Source: Podarcis erhardii
Taxonomy: Eukaryota
Assembly: GCA_964252035.1 (NCBI GenBank)
Contig: OZ176201.1
Length of the DNA stretch: 64,000 nucleotides
Reading direction: 5' to 3' (one strand)
The position numbers and the translations under genes were made by a program. The first letter of the stretch is position 1. The number at the start of each line of letters is the position of its first letter. Shown piece after piece: positions 37,204 through 64,000 of this stretch. Under the pieces are notes generated by a model. That model ran no database searches. It was not told the origin of the DNA and was given only the letters and a program-made list of their open reading frames with translations.

Positions 37204-37447
37204 CAGTGGTATACCTCGGATTACATATGCTTCAGGTTACATATGCTTCAGGTTACAGACTCTGCTAACACAGAAATAGTACCTCGGGTTAAGAACTTTA
37301 CCTCAGGATGAGAACAGAAATCATGCTCCAGTGGTGCGGCGGCAGTGGGAGGCCCCATTAGCTAAAGTGGTGCTTCAGGTTAAGAACAGTTTCAGGTTAA
37401 GAACGGAACTCTGGAACAAATTAAGTACGTAACCCGAGGTACCACTG
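37204..37447. mobile_element. Tc1/mariner-type MITE (same subfamily as 61830-62082)
   Basis: cagtggtatacctc...gaggtaccactg, TA TSD. Confidence 0.88.
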
Positions 37448-38966
37448 TATTTATTTTTTTAAGTATTGCAGTTTACTGGCCCACATATGGGAAAGCTCCA
37501 CCTTTTTCTTTTTGGAATTTTAGAGCATCATCTTGAGGCACAAATGCTATTGTGTGCACTAGAATGTTTCTTCTCAGCCCGCTGCTTTCAAATCTCCAAG
37601 GAGGTAGATTTATGTCAGGGGTTGGGAACTTTACGCCTGAGGGCTTCTCTGTCTGGGTCTCAAGACTCTCCTCAGGCTCCTCCTCTTCCTCCTCAGCAAC
37701 ATACCCTCTCTCCCCAGGCTACACCCCTGCCCAACTTTGCACCATCTACAGCAGCGGGGAAAGGAGTAGTTTTGTATTATTCCTTTCCACAAGTGCCATT
37801 TCTTTACTCCATATTGACAGTGGTTCTATCCAGAAGTGTTCCAAATGCATGTTTACCCTGGTATTAGTAATGTCTAGTAACTTCACGGGAGTAAGCAATA
37901 GCAGTTTGCCTCCGTTTGCCAAACCGTAGAAGAAATATATTTCTATGTTTCTACTTTATAAAGAAAACAAATAAAGACATTACGACTACGAGTCCTCATC
38001 ATATAAATTGTAAATTAGGGCTTCTACCCAATTAAAAATACCTTAGTTGACTGATTGAATCTTATTGATTAGCGGACTAAAATTCATGCCATTCCCAGAA
38101 ATTGCATCTGAACAGAATAAAAGAGTCCTGAAGCAAGAAACATATTTCTTTTGTTCTTATATAACGTTTAGCTTTGTTATAGCAGGCAACTTCTTAGAAG
38201 AGGCATTCCTTCTCGTGTGAACGAAAAGAGAAAGGCCTCTTTTAAATGGGTGTTTAAAACAGTCTTAACACCACCTGTAGTTTTTTTTTTTAAAACTAAC
38301 AATATTTTAAAAATAGCTTCTAAAAATTAGCTGTCAAAGTAATTAGAAGAACAAATTAAACTTTAAATAATCAATTAATCCCATAATAGATTAAATTTTG
38401 CAGAACTTTTTTTGAAATCACAGAAATACATCTTCCACAAAGTCAGGGGCAAGAACACTATTTCCCACAAGCTACTATTAAACAGCCATAGAATTCTATG
38501 GTTCTATGAATTAGCAGACTATCTACATTGCCGATACTATTCACTAGCTGTGAAACTAACTGTAGAAAGACTATTAATTATGCTCCTCTATGTAAAACAA
38601 TCCAATCACTCAAGAGAAAATAAAAATACTCATTAATAGACAACTGCCCCATATTATCTCCCAACAGGGTTTGAGTGTTTGATCAAGCTGTAATGGAGAT
38701 AAAACATCAGGTTTAAAATTAGCAATCACCAATTGATCAAGTGTTATATCAGAGAAGCCAGTAATCAGATGGCTCAGCCAATTAGTTCCAATGCAGGGGG
38801 TAGGGGACAATAAGATTTGATTGTTTCATTTCTAAAAGCCACGAGCTACACAAAAACTGGTATTATCTGTGGATGATTCCAAAGTGATTGGAACAATTGA
38901 AATAATTTTAATATAATATGATGAAAAGAAGCACCACACGTTTCATAGCTGATCAGGACACAGGCT

Positions 38967-60860
<21,894 letters not shown>

Positions 60861-61829
60861 TTACAATTAAGTCCATTTAGGAAACAGCTGTGTTTTTTTG
60901 GACAGGATATGAACATACTGTCATTCCCACTGCGGTTTTGTTTTGGTTTTTTGGTTTTTTGGTTGACACAACTCTTGATGTTTTCCCAGCAAAAAAAGCC
61001 TGCCTAACTGGATGAACTGTACAAAGCTACATTTTACTTTTATCAGAAGAGATGCTTAGAAATCTAACACATTCCTAATCCTTGCTATCAGTACTACATG
61101 TTTATTCTTAAATTTCTGTAAAGCCAAAGGTTTCCCCTTGAGTCATCTTTTCAGTTTTTCTCAATCCTGTAAAAGCAGGGTAGAAAACAGGCAGCAGCAC
61201 TGACAAATGGATTTAATCCACTTAAAAACTTTTGATTGCAACCAATACACTTATTATTCTTTCAGGAGTCCCTAGCCTGTGCTAATTGGCCTAAGTGAAC
61301 ATATATCTCTCTTCCTGACATAAACAGTCTTTTTCAGCATTCAAAATAATCACACAGTGTTCCAAATACAGCAGAAAGGTCAAACACACTGTTACGGCAA
61401 ACTTGAAAAAAGGGTTACTGAGAAACAACCACCAGCTGAAATTCTAAAGCAAACTTCAGCATCTCTGGTTACATTAACAAGCCCTTTGCTAAGGGCAAAT
61501 TCAGTGCAAGCAATCTAACTTTAGAACTTCTTAACAGAATTCAAAATTACAAAACAAACAATGTGTAACGCTATATCCATGTGTCAACCACTCGCTTAGG
61601 AAAGTGCCTGAAATGTTGTGCAACAGTCTTTTCAAATAATTTTAGTATGTGACAACAGAAGCATGTGTTGAGAAACAAAAACAAGAAGGAACAAAGTGCA
61701 AACATGTGAAAGACACATCGTGTCCCTAAACAGGTTAAGAAGCACTGGTTTATCAGTCCCATTTTAGTCTCCCTCACTAAGTACTTTTGTTGACTGAGTG
61801 TAAAGGAAAACACAAGAGAAAGCACACTA

Positions 61830-62082
61830 CAGTGGTACCTCAGGTTACATATGCTTCAGGTTACATACGCTTCAGGTTACAGACACTTCAGGTTACAGAC
61901 TCTGCTAACCCAGAAATAGTACCTCGGGTTAAGAAATTTGCTTCAGGATGAGAAACCGTGCTCCGGTGGTGCGGCAGCAGTAGGAGGCCCCATCAGCTAA
62001 AGTGGTGCTTCCAGTTAAGAACAGTTTCAGGTAAAGAAAGGACCTCTGGAATGAATTAAGTACTTAACCTGAGGTACAACTG
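61830..62082. mobile_element. Tc1/mariner-type MITE
   Basis: cagtggtacctcagg...cctgaggtacaactg, TA TSD. Confidence 0.88.
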
Positions 62083-62176
62083 TACTTTATACTGTAAGAG
62101 GTGCTGGAAGGAACTGTTCCGCAGTAGTCAGAAATTGCTGGTCAGCTTCCCTCAGGCTCCACAAAGGTGACTAGTA

Positions 62177-62432
62177 CAGTGGTACCTCTAGATACGAACG
62201 GGATCCGTTTCGGAGCCCCGTTCGCATCTAGAGGTAAAAGTAACTAGCGGTGGCACGTCTGCGCGCACGCACGCGTCGCTTTTTGCCGCCTCTGCGCATG
62301 CGCGTGACGTCATTTCGAGCGTCTGCGCATGCGGCGAAACCCAGAAGTAACAAGCTCCGTTACTTCCGGGTTGCTGCGGAGCACAACTCAAACGCGCTCA
62401 ACTCGAAGCGTATTCAACCCGAGGTATGACTG
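62177..62432. mobile_element. Tc1/mariner-type MITE
   Basis: cagtggtacctc...gaggtatgactg, TA TSD; a further partial copy ends at 62627. Confidence 0.88.
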
Positions 62433-63085
62433 TAGAAGCAGCAGCAGCATGTTTTCGAAGACTCTTTTGCCATTACTCAAGTCACCTCCATAGCTCTACT
62501 TACTTACAAAGAATGATGGCTGCAAGACAATATCCAGTTCTCAACTCGAGGTAACTCTTCCAGGTTAGCAAAGTTTGTAACACGAAGCATTCGTAACCGG
62601 AGGCATTTGTAACTCGAGGTACCACTGTACTGCAACTATTCTTCACATCAGAGGTGGGTAAACTGGGTTTGGCTATCACTTCCCCCCACCTCTCACGACG
62701 GAGCCACCCACCAGCCAATCCTTCAACGTAACCTGACTGTCTGGCCTTGAGAAGCCCTTTCAAGATACTATTATTACCCACAATGCTTTGCAAGAGGCTA
62801 AGCAAGTGATGCCTGCAAACTCCCTTTTGGCTGAGTGGCTGATATAGAAGCAAGAATATGATGAACTGAGAAACACAATGCATTCATTGCAATATGCGGG
62901 CGGGTGGGGGTGCTTTGAGCAACCAGAAATCAACTAAGGATTACACAAGGCACATATGACTAGGGAAAAGGCAATAGGAGCTTATCACAAAATGAAATGG
63001 GAATAAAAAAATTGGATTAACTAGGTGACGTCTAGGTGTGAAACCATGGTTACAGAAGCCTGCATGTTCAAAGCTGCCAGACTGT

Positions 63086-63348
63086 TTTTTTTTTTTTTAC
63101 AAATATCTTTATTGAACAGCTTTTAAAAAATATCATGAACAACACACACTTTGACAGATAAATATCGAATAAAGAAAGAAAGAACAAAAAAAACCCAGCT
63201 ACATACAAGAATAAAAGGGAAAAGAAAAAAAAGAAAAAAGAAAAAAGATTAAAAAAAAGAGGAGAGCGGAAAAAATCAACATCAGAATCTAACAGGTTTA
63301 CAAACAATGGACCTCCGTCCAACTCGGTTTAGAAAGATTAGAAGATTA
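63086..63348 (-). mobile_element. Poly(A)-tailed retroposed insert, probably an L1/Tx1-type 3' end
   Basis: 17-bp TSD caaagctgccagactgt at 63069-63085 and 63349-63365; poly(T) on + strand; AATAAA on - strand at 63108-63113; T-rich body. Confidence 0.88.
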
Positions 63349-63725
63349 CAAAGCTGCCAGACTGTAACCACTGAGTATCTAAAGCAGGCACAAGACTTGC
63401 ATATCACTTTCACTAGGACCATGTCTTTTATTCCAAGGGAGGAGGAACTCTGCATTTAAAGAGCAGGGTTTGAAATTAACAGGGCACATTTTGCACCCAA
63501 AGATTCTCCATTTGCAAGCACCTCAAAAAGTCTGGGTGCCAATTTTTTTTGCGCCTGGCTGACGCTCAAGTATTACTGAAATGTATGTGCTTTGAAGCCT
63601 CAAAGTATACGTTAAGGATAGACGCAATATGTTAAGGAATTTAACAATAAAGAGTAGAGTGCTTTGAAAACTAAAGTATGGTACCAATACAATTGTAGAG
63701 AACTAGGGGTCTTAGTAGACCACAA

Positions 63726-63910
63726 GGAAGAAGGTTCTGGCAGTAAGAGCTGTTCAACCGTGGATCGGTCTCCCTTGGGAGGTGGTAGACTCTTCTTCCT
63801 TTGAGGCTTTTAAACAGTGGTTGGATGGCCATCATCTAGTTGAGATTCCTGCATTGGAATAGATTACCCTTGGGGTCCCTTTCAATGCCGTAATTCTATG
63901 ATTCCATAAC
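63726..63910 (+). mobile_element. CR1 LINE 3' end fragment
   Basis: ttgagattcctgcattg...ggggtccctttcaatgccgtaattctatgattc CR1-type tail; a shorter copy lies at about 7040-7110. Confidence 0.75.
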
Positions 63911-64000
63911 CCCCTGCAAAGAAGGAATCTTTATTGATCTTTAAAGCAGCCTTCCCTAACTGGGTGCCCTCCTCATGTTTTGAGTACATCTCCTGTCAGG

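Noticed and set aside
37466-37929. ORFs of 125-133 aa on + strand and a Glu-rich frame on - strand
   Set aside because: Lie in the presumed exon-14a 3' UTR, are low-complexity, lack splice support, and show no recognisable homology.

Overview
Vertebrate genomic DNA, very probably a squamate (lacertid-like lizard, inferred from Sauria and Squam-type SINEs). Two intron-rich genes lie tail-to-tail. PRKCD (protein kinase C delta, + strand) has 16 coding exons at 1318-25405; its start-codon exon is upstream of the window. PFKFB4 (6-phosphofructo-2-kinase/fructose-2,6-bisphosphatase 4, - strand) has coding exons 2-14 at 60811-38967; exon 1 lies beyond 64000. All exons were located by hand with GT-AG boundaries and a continuous frame. 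Introns carry Tc1/mariner-type and hAT MITEs, SINEs, CR1/L2/L1 fragments, and there is a 186-nt assembly gap. Best observations: (1) a second, paralogous, intact 60-nt terminal coding exon of PFKFB4 at 33454-33513 with its own putative 3' UTR; (2) a TSD-flanked perfect 98-bp fold-back of a Penelope-like terminus carrying a minimal hammerhead ribozyme in a PRKCD intron; (3) the PRKCD-PFKFB4 pairing mirrors human PRKCQ-PFKFB3; (4) a 1.9-kb hAT element carrying a CpG-island/promoter-like core; (5) overlapping miR-26 and miR-181 8mer sites in the PRKCD 3' UTR. Comparisons to human proteins and repeat families are from memory, not from database searches.
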